Of a DNA stretch of 64,000 nt, positions 17,977-27,218 are shown piece by piece (position 1 is the stretch's first letter; each line of letters starts with the position of its first letter). Under the pieces are notes generated by a model. It ran no database searches. It was not told where the DNA came from and saw nothing but the letters and a program-made list of their open reading frames with translations. Source of the stretch: an uncultured Clostridia bacterium (GTDB lineage: Bacteria > Bacillota > Clostridia > Saccharofermentanales > Saccharofermentanaceae); contig CAMJPC010000006.1 of NCBI GenBank assembly GCA_946407705.1, positions 43,753 through 107,752 on the forward strand. The letters are read 5' to 3'. Both the position numbers and the translations under genes were made by a program.

Positions 17977-19404
17977 TCAGAGATCATAATACATCTCATA
18001 CTCCATAGGTGTCGGCATGGCTATATGTCTCTTGAGATCCTTTCGCTTATTATTGATCCAGAGTTCAATGAGTTCCTTCGGGAATACTCCGCCTGCTCTG
18101 AGGAACTCGTTATCTGCCGCAAGAGCCTTGATAGCAGAGCCAAGAGACTTAGGCAATCCCTTGATCTTTGCCTTCTCTTCGTCAGACAGATTGAACAGAT
18201 TGAAATCATACGGACCAAAACCTTCGGCAACCGGATCGATCTTATTCTTGATACCATCAAGACCGGCCATTAGAATTGCCGCATAGCAATAATACGGATT
18301 ACATGTCGCATCAGGATTACGCAGCTCGAATCTCTTCTTATCGGGAGTTTTTGCATAAGCAGGGATCCTGATGACTGAACTGCGGTTAGCTGTTGCAAAA
18401 CCGATAGTAACAGGCGCTTCGAAACCCGGAAGCAATCTCTTATATGAGTTTGTTGAAGGGTTGGAGAAAGCGCATATTGCAGCAACATGCTTAAGTACTC
18501 CGCCAATAAAATAAAGTGCAGTCTGTGACAATCCGGAATATCCGTTCTCGTCATAGAAGACGGGTTTTCCGTCCTTGAACATCAGCATATGGACATGCAT
18601 TCCTGATCCTGCCTCACCATATATCGGTTTGGGCATGAAGGTTGCAGTTCTTCCTTCCCTGACAGCCTCATTCTTTATTATGTATTTAGCAAGCATGGTC
18701 TTATCAGCCATCTCGGTCATTGTTCCGAATTCGACTTCAACTTCCATCTGTCCGGGACCGCCAACCTCATGATGGTGATACTTAACAGCTATGCCCTGCT
18801 CTTCCATGAGCATAGTAACACGGCTTCTGAAGTCATAATGGATATCCTGTGGAGGAGCGATGTGATAACCGCCCTGATGAGGTGTCTGGAATCCGTTGGC
18901 ATCAGAACATCCGCTGTTCCAGAAAGCCTCCTCGGTATCTATAGAGAACCCTGATTCATCAGGACTGTTGGAGAACGAAGCCGAATCGAAAACATAGAAT
19001 TCAAACTCAGGGCCGAGCAGATAAGTATCTGCAACGCCGAGTTCCTTCATGTATTCTTCAGCTCTTTTGCATACGTTCCTGGGTTCCTGATCAAAGGGTT
19101 TATTGTCGTCCTTGCCGATGATACGAACATCACCGATCATGGAAAGCGTTTTGATCTCAGGGAAAGGATCTATCGCAGCACTCGAAAGATCCGGTATAAA
19201 TACCATGTCGCTTTTTTCGACAGGCGCAAAGCCATAGTTGCTCCCGTCAAAACCAATACCGTTCTTCATGGTATCCTCACTGAACCGTTGAGCCGGTATC
19301 GTGAGATGATGCCATCTTCCGTTGATGTCGATCATTCTGAAATCGATCATTTCGATCTCATTGTCAGAAATGAAGTTCAACACATCTTCTGCCGTCTTAA
19401 ACAT
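17977..19404 (-). CDS. glnA: Glutamine synthetase type I
   Basis: FDGS, GPEFEF, HHEV, FMPKP, GSGMHVH, NRS..IRIP and RFELR motifs. Confidence 0.96.
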   Translation of the reverse strand: MFKTAEDVLNFISDNEIEMIDFRMIDINGRWHHLTIPAQRFSEDTMKNGIGFDGSNYGFAPVEKSDMVFIPDLSSAAIDPFPEIKTLSMIGDVRIIGKDDNKPFDQEPRNVCKRAEEYMKELGVADTYLLGPEFEFYVFDSASFSNSPDESGFSIDTEEAFWNSGCSDANGFQTPHQGGYHIAPPQDIHYDFRSRVTMLMEEQGIAVKYHHHEVGGPGQMEVEVEFGTMTEMADKTMLAKYIIKNEAVREGRTATFMPKPIYGEAGSGMHVHMLMFKDGKPVFYDENGYSGLSQTALYFIGGVLKHVAAICAFSNPSTNSYKRLLPGFEAPVTIGFATANRSSVIRIPAYAKTPDKKRFELRNPDATCNPYYCYAAILMAGLDGIKNKIDPVAEGFGPYDFNLFNLSDEEKAKIKGLPKSLGSAIKALAADNEFLRAGGVFPKELIELWINNKRKDLKRHIAMPTPMEYEMYYDL

Positions 19405-19570
19405 AGTCGTTCCTCCGCTTTTTAGGATACAAACGTAAGGTCATTCATTTCAGAATGACTGCAACGGTCCCCGTTTGACCGCTGCGACAGTAACTGCGAT
19501 GAATATTTAGTTGTCTGGATTATTATATCAAAAATTAAATATTCTTAACACTTATCCGCAAAAATGTGTG

Positions 19571-20029
19571 TTAATTACGTTCTGAAAGCGCTTTCCAAAA
19601 ACCGTTTAAACCTATAACGAGATCATTGTAAGTCTCATCAAAATTATCCGTGTACCAAGGATCTGCTATGCTTCTGCTAAGTCCTGCAAATTCAAGCATC
19701 TGATAGATCTTGCCGTCAGGATCGCCGCCTGCGATACGCTTCATATTTGAGACATTGTAGGAGTCCATCCCGATAAGATAATCGTACTTATCGTAATCTT
19801 CACGTGTCATCTGTCTGGCGCGGTGAGGAATGACTGGAATTCCGACCTCTCTAAGCTTCTGAACCGTTCCGTAATGAGGACCGTTTCCGATCTCCTCCCT
19901 GCTGGTGGCAGCGGAATCTATATAAAACTCATCAGCCACCCCCATTTTATTGACCATATCCTGAAGCATACACTGAGCCATAGTGCTTCTGCATATATTG
20001 CCGTGACATACGAATAATACTTTTATCAT
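19571..20029 (-). CDS. Low-molecular-weight protein-tyrosine phosphatase
   Basis: VCHGNICRS P-loop and DPWY. Confidence 0.92.
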   Translation of the reverse strand: MIKVLFVCHGNICRSTMAQCMLQDMVNKMGVADEFYIDSAATSREEIGNGPHYGTVQKLREVGIPVIPHRARQMTREDYDKYDYLIGMDSYNVSNMKRIAGGDPDGKIYQMLEFAGLSRSIADPWYTDNFDETYNDLVIGLNGFWKALSERN

Positions 20030-20640
20030 TGCTTATCCTTTGCTAACAGTTTTACGATTTCCCCGTAATCTCCCATAAAGCGGAATGCATTAAGACCGGC
20101 TTTGCGGGCTCCGGAACAGTTCTCTTCCCTGTCATCGATAAACAGGCATTCTCCGGGATTTAAAGAGTACTTTTCCAGGAAAGCATTATATATCTCGAGA
20201 TCAGGTTTGAGCATAAGGTAATCCGACGAAACGAAAACGCCGTTAAAGAAATCCAACGGCAAAAAGCGCGGAAAATAATCATAGAAAAGATCACTCGCGT
20301 TAGACAAAACATAGATGCCATAGCCGTTTCCCTTTACGTATTCGCAAAACTCTTTCGCGCCGGTTAACGGCTTCATGCAGATATCCCATCTGTCGGCACA
20401 ATCGCTTAACGCCTTGTGATACTGCTCAGGAACACGTACTTTTACCAGATCATATCTGTCCTTGTCCTTAATGTCGCCTCTGTCACCCAATGCCCATTCG
20501 GGGCCGTTAAACAATTCTTTCCGGATTACTTCTTTCTCTCCATCTGACGAACAGAATTCATTCAAAACGAAATCCGGATTAAAATCCAGCAGGACATTTC
20601 CCATGTCGAGCACGATGTTTTTGATCATATTTGCTTTCAC
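20026..20640 (-). CDS. HAD-family phosphatase
   Basis: DMGNV, LSN, KP and FIDD motifs. Confidence 0.88.
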   Translation of the reverse strand: MKANMIKNIVLDMGNVLLDFNPDFVLNEFCSSDGEKEVIRKELFNGPEWALGDRGDIKDKDRYDLVKVRVPEQYHKALSDCADRWDICMKPLTGAKEFCEYVKGNGYGIYVLSNASDLFYDYFPRFLPLDFFNGVFVSSDYLMLKPDLEIYNAFLEKYSLNPGECLFIDDREENCSGARKAGLNAFRFMGDYGEIVKLLAKDKQ

Positions 20641-20641
20641 T

Positions 20642-21052
20642 TTATTTCAGATTTTCGGGTCCGAAGCTCTCGGGCAAGAGTTCTTCAAGCTTCATTTCCC
20701 TATAATCGGATTCGCTTCTGGCCATTACGACTTTCAGATCTTTCGGATCCGAAAACTCTCTTAATACCTGTCTGCAAATGCCGCAAGGAGAAGTATATCC
20801 GCCGTCGTTTCCATTGGAATCCCTGCTTACAATGGCGATAGACCTGATGCGTCTCTCCCCGCATGAAGCTGCTTTTGCAACCGCATTACACTCAGCGCAG
20901 ATTCCTGCAGGATATGAAGCGTTCTCAACATTAACACCGGAATAGATCTTGCCAGAACCGGCAAGAACAGCCGCAGCGACATGAAACCCGGAATAAGGCG
21001 CATAGGAATTACCCAAAACATCAAGAGCACTTCTGATCAGTTCTTCATTCAT
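20642..21052 (-). CDS. cdd: Cytidine deaminase
   Basis: YAPYS, NVENASY, CAE and PCGICRQ zinc motifs. Confidence 0.93.
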   Translation of the reverse strand: MNEELIRSALDVLGNSYAPYSGFHVAAAVLAGSGKIYSGVNVENASYPAGICAECNAVAKAASCGERRIRSIAIVSRDSNGNDGGYTSPCGICRQVLREFSDPKDLKVVMARSESDYREMKLEELLPESFGPENLK

Positions 21053-21155
21053 GGTAAGCGTTGCCTCCTCCTTTGATATTTTAATCGAAGTTACTTCCGC
21101 ATTCTATTAACAAATCGGAAAAATGTGCTAAACTATCTCCGATATCTCAAAGAAA

Positions 21156-21322
21156 GGGCGCACAAAGATGCATTGGATCACACCTAACATACAGCTTATG
21201 AATGGTTTCTATGCAGCTTCTGCTAGGAGAAGTGCGCCCATTTTCAGGTAAAATACCTAGTTTTTCCATACTGATCTAAAGTGCTCTTCTCCTTTGAATC
21301 ATTACTTTCAAAGGAGTTTTTT
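21156..21322 (+). promoter_or_regulatory. Attenuator leader with mutually exclusive helices
   Basis: 21156-63/21232-39 (GGGCGCAC/GTGCGCCC), 21225-32/21286-93 (AGGAGAAG/CTTCTCCT), and 21289-98/21307-16 (CTCCTTTGAA/TTCAAAGGAG) followed by T6. Confidence 0.7.
21168..21251 (+). CDS. Putative 27-aa leader peptide (MHWITPNIQLMNGFYAASARRSAPIFR)
   Basis: AAAGGG SD at 21153-21158, ATG at 21168, TAA at 21249; embedded in complementary segments upstream of the MFS gene. Confidence 0.6.
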   Translation: MHWITPNIQLMNGFYAASARRSAPIFR

Positions 21323-22417
21323 ATGACCGTTTCAAAAATCAAAAACCAGCTCAAAAGGCTGTATTTATCCAACTTCATTTCGAATATCTCCATTGCCGGT
21401 GCCGCATGGGTTCTGCTTCTGGTAAATGACGGATATTCCCTTATACAAGTCGGCCTGGCAGAGACCGTCTTCCATATCGTAAGTCTGACATTCGAGATAC
21501 CTTCAGGCGTATTCGCTGATACTTTAGGCAGAAAAAAGTGCCTGTTGCTCAGCAGTTTTGCCGCTCTCATATCAGCTTTCGTAAGAGGCTTTTTACCGGG
21601 CTTCGGATTCGTCCTGGTCTCAATAGCCTTCTCTGCCCTGTCTTATAATTTCGCTTCAGGATCTGACAGTGCACTTGCTTACGATTCGCTTCTTGAAGAA
21701 AAACGTCAGGATGAGTACGACAGATACATATCGACTCAGACAATCATTTACCGTGTCGCAGGAGGAATAGCAACGCTTGCTGCCGGCCTTGCAGTAACCA
21801 TGGGCACACGAAATGCCCAGATACTTTCAATTGGTTTGGCGCTGATCAACATGGTCGTGTTGTCGGGACTTAAAGAGAATCTTGTCATCACGCGCAAGAA
21901 AGATGTCACCCTTGCGAAAAGGTTCAAAGACACATATAAAGGCGCGTTCAGGTTCCTTAAAGGCAATACGCGTGTGGCAGGGCTCATATTCCGCAACGCA
22001 TTAGTCGGTGCCGTGGATGTCCTTTTGCTGTTCTTCCTTCAGGCTAAACTGCCTATGACAGGCATACCTGATTGGTTATTGGGCCCCCTCCTCTTCTTTA
22101 TGTCTTTAGGAGGCATTCTTGGCGCAAAGATATCTTATAAAGCAGCCAAATACACATTGAAGAAGCTGTTTGTAATCTGTCTCGTCATTGCACTCGCCGG
22201 ACTCGTGACCGAGTTTACCGGCATCTGGCAGCTTATGACCATTGGCGGTTTCCTGACTTCATTCGCAGACGACCTGCTTCAGATAAGATCCGACGTAGAA
22301 CTCAATTCAATGGTTCCGCCCGAACAGAGAGCCACACTGATTTCAGTGAACTCGTTTTGTTTCTCGGTGATAATGATCGTCTTATCACCTTTGGCAGGAT
22401 GGGTGTTTTCGTTGTAA
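21323..22417 (+). CDS. MFS transporter (efflux-type)
   Basis: FEIPSGVFADTLGRKK motif A, many TM helices, QRATLIS. True start is ATG 21323 after the AAAGGAG SD. Confidence 0.88.
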   Translation: MTVSKIKNQLKRLYLSNFISNISIAGAAWVLLLVNDGYSLIQVGLAETVFHIVSLTFEIPSGVFADTLGRKKCLLLSSFAALISAFVRGFLPGFGFVLVSIAFSALSYNFASGSDSALAYDSLLEEKRQDEYDRYISTQTIIYRVAGGIATLAAGLAVTMGTRNAQILSIGLALINMVVLSGLKENLVITRKKDVTLAKRFKDTYKGAFRFLKGNTRVAGLIFRNALVGAVDVLLLFFLQAKLPMTGIPDWLLGPLLFFMSLGGILGAKISYKAAKYTLKKLFVICLVIALAGLVTEFTGIWQLMTIGGFLTSFADDLLQIRSDVELNSMVPPEQRATLISVNSFCFSVIMIVLSPLAGWVFSL

Positions 22418-22421
22418 AAAG

Positions 22422-22456
22422 AAGATACCCGGTAAATCAATTACCGGGTATCTTTT
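22422..22456. terminator. Bidirectional terminator
   Basis: AAGATACCCGGTAA/TTACCGGGTATCTT 14-bp stem between convergent genes. Confidence 0.85.
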
Positions 22457-22470
22457 AATTCTGTTCCGTA

Positions 22471-25400
22471 TCAGCTGTTATCGTCAGGAGCTCTGAACTG
22501 ACCCTGGTCAACGAGTCTGAGGAATGCATCGACTACTTCTTCATCAAGCTGGGTTCCCCTGACCTCTTTAATGATCGACAATACCTTGGAGAAAGGCATT
22601 CTGTTTCTGTAAGGTCGGTTGGAATACATTGCATCGAACGTATCCGCAACCGCGATGATCCGGGCCACCAGCGGAATATCTTTGTGAGCAAGGCCATTAG
22701 GATATCCCTTTCCATCCGGACGTTCGTGATGGGCACCGGCACCGATCGCAAGTTCAGGCATGATGCTGATATCCTTCAGCGTATCGTAACCCAAAGCCGA
22801 GTGAGACTGGATGATCGCATACTCCTCATCGTTAAGCTTACCGGGTTTGTTCAGAACGCCGTCATCAATACCGATCTTGCCGATATCGTGGAGAAGAGCT
22901 ATGTTGTAGTACTTCTCGACAGTATCGTCATCACAGCCCATCTCCCTGGCGAGCATGGCCGTGTAATGGGCAACTCGAATCGAATGGCCCCTGGTATATT
23001 TATCCTTCATATCGATTACTCGTGCGAAGGCTTCAACGACTTCCCTGATGAACTTTTTCTGCTCATTGTTCTTTTCGATGAGTTTCTCTGTTCTTCTGTT
23101 GATGTATTTCTTGAGGAATACGGAAGCTACTGCAATCAAAACAACAAGAACAGCAATGTTAAACCAGAAATACTCATAGAAATGAAGCTGTTTGTCAATG
23201 ACAACATTGAAGTCAAAAGTCTGACCGTTATGCGGATCGACAATATGCATTTTGTAATGATATCTTCCGCCCTTCAGGTTTGTGTAGTCGACAGGCTGCA
23301 GATTGGTTCTGGGAACCGTTATAGATGTCTTGTCAAAACCTTCAAGCAGGTATGTAACCTCAGGATTGATCAGCGAATAATTAAATACAAAGCTGTGGAT
23401 AGTAAGCTTTCTGGTTGACGGACTGATAGTGAAACTGCCGTCCGCATTCGGATATACAAGAACACCATCAGCCTCAACGAAAGGAACTGCTGCTTTTACG
23501 ATGCTTGCAGAATCAGTCGACTTATCGATGTTTACTCTGGTAACACCGCTCGTACAAGCAATGTAAAGGAAACCGTCAGATGTCAGTTCGCTGTAGGAAT
23601 TCGATGTCGCTATTCCGGGAAGACCATTATAGATTCCATAGAAAAGATACTTGAATGTCTTGCCGCTCAAGATGTCTTCGGTCTTTGCAACATAAATGCC
23701 GTTACTGCTCAATACCCACATATCATCTTTAGCATTCTGATAAAGATCGAAATTGTTGAGATACGGGAATGTTCTGACGTTCTTAACCTTGTAATCCGAA
23801 TCAAGGTATTCGATCGAGTTGCTCGTTACGAGCCACATGATATCTCTCTTTTTGTCCTTCTTGACTCTCATTACAACGTCAGAAGTGAGACCGTCATTGA
23901 TGGTAATGGCTTTTACGCCGGAATCGTTTATGACATAAACACCGCCGCCATCAGTTCCGATGACCATATCACCGTTATCCATCTGGGATGCGGTCAGGAT
24001 CTCGGTATTAATAATTCCGTCTTTCTCATTGTAAACCTTGGTAACCTTGCTGTTTTCGACAATCGCAAGACCACCGGTGCAGCAGACCATAAGTGCACCG
24101 TCAGCACGCTCGAAAACAGTCCTGACTCTGTCAGACGGAAGTCCTTCTTCAGATCTGATCTTCCAGATCCTGCCATTCTTCAGACCTATAAGACCGTAAT
24201 CACCGAAAGTCGAGAACCAAATAACGCCTTTGCGGTCTACGTTGATCGACCTGATCTTGCTCGTGGACAAAAGCGTAATGAGATCCTTATCCTCATCACC
24301 ATCCCTGACCATGAGTTCATTCAGGACTTTACCGCCCTTGATTACGATCAGACCGGTATTCTTTGTGCCGATGTAAAGACTGTCATCATAAACGCATGTT
24401 GTATAAACAACGCCCTCAGCAAGACCATATTTACTGAAGATATCAGAGAACTGGTTCGGTACGATCTTCATAACGCCCTGCTGTGAAGATACATACCAAA
24501 GGTTATGGTCGTGATCCGCCATCATGTTTTCAACAGATGTCGTCATGGGCACATCATCTATCGGAGTGAAGTCGTAATCCGTAAAGAAACCTGTACCCTT
24601 ATCAGTACATACCCACATGGAACCGTTGATGATCTCTATGGAATTGATGCTCTGCATACTGCCGGTCAGGAATCTTCTTGAGAGCGAGAACTCACCTGAA
24701 ATAAAGCTTCCGTAGTAGATCGTAGTATCAGAATCGCCGATATAAAGATATCCGGGATTCTCCTCATCAGGCATCAGCGATCTTGCGCCTTCGATATTAA
24801 GTGCTTTAACGTCGTAGAAACCGGTAACCTTAAGGTTTTTCATCGTGAAAACGCAACCATCAACCGTAACGCCGTAAATGGTAGCATTGGCCGAAGATGA
24901 TTTTAATACCCTTACCGATCTGTTAGACAGATTCTCATCTTCAATCGTATGAAGCTTAAGGTCTTTATCTAAATAGCAGATACCGGCGGCGGTTCCGACG
25001 ATTATGTTGCCGGTAACGTCCTCACATATGCTTCTTACTGATAAGGATTTAAGTCCTTCCTCGCGGCCAAAACGCTTGAACTTACCCTTCTCCATTACGG
25101 CTATGCCGCTGTCATTGGTTCCGATCCAAAGCCTGTCTGATGAATCAACGAAAAGACTTACAACGCTGGAAATGCCGGCATCAGTACTGAGATTAACAAA
25201 GGTGTTACCGTCATATCTGATAAGACCGCTGTAGCTTCCTATCCAGATAAAGCCCTCACTTGTCTGGGTAATAGCGTTAGCTTCAGACGTAGGAAGGCCG
25301 TTCCTATTATCGTAAACGACCGCGGAATACCCTTCGTTAGCATGGATCGGGTCTACCCTGACATCAGTTCCGTTCTTGTTATTATTCTCGTCAGCGAGTA

Positions 25401-25509
25401 CTATATGTTCGCCAAAAGCGCTTGAAGCCAAAACCGAAGTTAACAGAAGCAGACAAAGGCTGCACACGCAAAGCTTCAGAAAAGAATTATATAAACGTTT
25501 TCCAACCAT
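22471..25509 (-). CDS. Membrane HD-GYP phosphodiesterase with extracellular two-component-regulator propeller and Y_Y_Y domains
   Basis: Signal peptide, repeated GL.S..V..I..D..G.LWIGT propeller blades, Y_Y_Y domain (YLLEGFD...YTNLKGGRY), TM helix, then YTRGHS, LLHDIGK, HHERPDGKGYP and ADTFDAM. Confidence 0.9.
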   Translation of the reverse strand: MVGKRLYNSFLKLCVCSLCLLLLTSVLASSAFGEHIVLADENNNKNGTDVRVDPIHANEGYSAVVYDNRNGLPTSEANAITQTSEGFIWIGSYSGLIRYDGNTFVNLSTDAGISSVVSLFVDSSDRLWIGTNDSGIAVMEKGKFKRFGREEGLKSLSVRSICEDVTGNIIVGTAAGICYLDKDLKLHTIEDENLSNRSVRVLKSSSANATIYGVTVDGCVFTMKNLKVTGFYDVKALNIEGARSLMPDEENPGYLYIGDSDTTIYYGSFISGEFSLSRRFLTGSMQSINSIEIINGSMWVCTDKGTGFFTDYDFTPIDDVPMTTSVENMMADHDHNLWYVSSQQGVMKIVPNQFSDIFSKYGLAEGVVYTTCVYDDSLYIGTKNTGLIVIKGGKVLNELMVRDGDEDKDLITLLSTSKIRSINVDRKGVIWFSTFGDYGLIGLKNGRIWKIRSEEGLPSDRVRTVFERADGALMVCCTGGLAIVENSKVTKVYNEKDGIINTEILTASQMDNGDMVIGTDGGGVYVINDSGVKAITINDGLTSDVVMRVKKDKKRDIMWLVTSNSIEYLDSDYKVKNVRTFPYLNNFDLYQNAKDDMWVLSSNGIYVAKTEDILSGKTFKYLFYGIYNGLPGIATSNSYSELTSDGFLYIACTSGVTRVNIDKSTDSASIVKAAVPFVEADGVLVYPNADGSFTISPSTRKLTIHSFVFNYSLINPEVTYLLEGFDKTSITVPRTNLQPVDYTNLKGGRYHYKMHIVDPHNGQTFDFNVVIDKQLHFYEYFWFNIAVLVVLIAVASVFLKKYINRRTEKLIEKNNEQKKFIREVVEAFARVIDMKDKYTRGHSIRVAHYTAMLAREMGCDDDTVEKYYNIALLHDIGKIGIDDGVLNKPGKLNDEEYAIIQSHSALGYDTLKDISIMPELAIGAGAHHERPDGKGYPNGLAHKDIPLVARIIAVADTFDAMYSNRPYRNRMPFSKVLSIIKEVRGTQLDEEVVDAFLRLVDQGQFRAPDDNS

Positions 25510-25609
25510 AGTTTTTATTCAAAGCGACCTGTTATTCAGATCAGCAATAAACCAATTCACAACGTGATTATAACACTCGGGACCGCCAAACAATAACAAG
25601 AATTATAAC

Positions 25610-26239
25610 TTAATAAAAACTTTTGATGAATATCTCAATTCCGATGACAATAAGGATGATTCCGCCTATGATTGTAGCCTTGTTCGAGAACCGCCCGCCC
25701 ACTTTCCTGCCGAAAATAAGTCCGATCACGCACAAGCCAAAAGTAACGGCTCCGATTATCGCCGAGGAAAGAAATGCCGCAGAAGCCCTGTATTCAGCAA
25801 TCGTAAAGCCGACCGACAAAGCATCGATGGATGTGGCCAGACCCTGAAGCATCAAAACCGCAAATGTCAGTTTCTTTGGTTCTGTCTCAGCAGTTTTAGC
25901 TGCACTCTCATCTTCAGGCTCCTTTTTCGAGAATCCTTCCACGAGCATTTTACTGCCTATTCCAACAAGAAGAACCAGAGCGATCCAAGGAATAAACGGC
26001 TGAAAAGCCTTAAAACTTTCTGCTATGGAATGGACGCAGAACCAACCGATCAGAGGCATGGCGAACTGGAACAAAGCATATACACCGGCGATCGCAAATA
26101 CCCTTCTTTTGCGCATCATTGGTTCAGCCAGGCCGTTTGCTATCGAAACAGAAAATGCATCCATGGCAAGTCCAACGCCGAGCAGGCACGAATTAATGAT
26201 AAGCGGAATGCCGATTAATATGCCTGCACTTGACTCCAC
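25610..26239 (-). CDS. mntP: Manganese efflux pump MntP family
   Basis: GLAMDAFSVS and ATSIDALSVG repeats; GTG start. Confidence 0.88.
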   Translation of the reverse strand: MESSAGILIGIPLIINSCLLGVGLAMDAFSVSIANGLAEPMMRKRRVFAIAGVYALFQFAMPLIGWFCVHSIAESFKAFQPFIPWIALVLLVGIGSKMLVEGFSKKEPEDESAAKTAETEPKKLTFAVLMLQGLATSIDALSVGFTIAEYRASAAFLSSAIIGAVTFGLCVIGLIFGRKVGGRFSNKATIIGGIILIVIGIEIFIKSFY

Positions 26240-26426
26240 GAAATGATATCTCCCGTTATCTCATAGATATTTGTTTTCGCATTTTACCGCAAACATCTGT
26301 TTTAGTCGATTTGCCATTTAAATCTTTATACTTTTTTTACTTTGAATAATGGAGAGCTGTAGTAAACCTTGCTATAATCCTAATTACCGAATTAAATCAC
26401 TCTACGCCTTGGGGGGCGCTCAGTTT

Positions 26427-27098
26427 ATGAATATCGACGAAGCAATCAAAGAAAGACATATGGTCAGGGTTTATAAGAAGCAGCCGATCCCTGCTGATGT
26501 ATGCAAGCAGCTGAACGAAAGGATCAAAGCTCTCAACGAAGGTCTCGATGTCTTTATGTCACTGGTAACCAATGATTCCAGTGCTCTCAACACTGCCGTT
26601 AAGATCGGCTTTACCAAGAACGTTAACAATTACATCGTCCTTTCAGGAAAGAACGAATCTGATCTCGAAGAGAAACTCGGCTATGGCGGAGCTGACCTGA
26701 TGCTTTTCGCGCAGACGCTCGGCCTTAACACCTGGTGGGTAAGCGAACAGTTTAACAAGGGCAAAGCCAGAGATAACGGCGGCATTCCCGGTTCAAACCT
26801 GATAAAGGGCATCATCGTTATCGGATACGGTGAGAACAACGGCGTGCCTCACAAATCCAAGAGTACTTTTGACGTATCAAAATTCGACGGTGCTACTCCT
26901 CCTTTCTGGTTCATCAGAGGAGTCGGAAGCGCTCTCCTCGCTCCCACCGCCAACAACCGCCAGGCTTTCAAGATCGAAGGTCACGACAACAAAGTAACCA
27001 TCACCTGCTCTAAAGGCAGATACTCGGGACTTGAACTGGGTATCATTAAGTATTTCTTTGAAGTCGGCGCAGGCAGAGAAAACTTCATCTACGAATAA
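26427..27098 (+). CDS. Nitroreductase family protein
   Basis: IKERHMVRVY, LGLNTWW and LAPTANNRQ. Start set to ATG 26427 behind the GGGGGG RBS. Confidence 0.85.
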   Translation: MNIDEAIKERHMVRVYKKQPIPADVCKQLNERIKALNEGLDVFMSLVTNDSSALNTAVKIGFTKNVNNYIVLSGKNESDLEEKLGYGGADLMLFAQTLGLNTWWVSEQFNKGKARDNGGIPGSNLIKGIIVIGYGENNGVPHKSKSTFDVSKFDGATPPFWFIRGVGSALLAPTANNRQAFKIEGHDNKVTITCSKGRYSGLELGIIKYFFEVGAGRENFIYE

Positions 27099-27117
27099 AT
27101 CTGAAAACAGGCAAATT

Positions 27118-27149
27118 AAAAGGACCATACATAACGTATGGTCCTTTTT
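27118..27149. terminator. Bidirectional terminator
   Basis: AAAAGGACCATAC/GTATGGTCCTTTT stem. Confidence 0.8.
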
Positions 27150-27218
27150 GTTTGCTTTGGATAAGTGAATTCCCACGCGGTTGAATTAAAAAATATATTC
27201 AAAAAGTTAGTTTTTGTA

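Noticed and set aside
19440-19485. ANTAR dual-hairpin motif upstream of glnA
   Set aside because: The loops (aaacggg, tgaaat) do not fit the 6-nt AxxGxx consensus; kept only as an unassigned structure.
26240-26426. yybP-ykoY Mn riboswitch expected before mntP
   Set aside because: No GGGGAGUA or other conserved core elements were recognisable in this AT-rich region.
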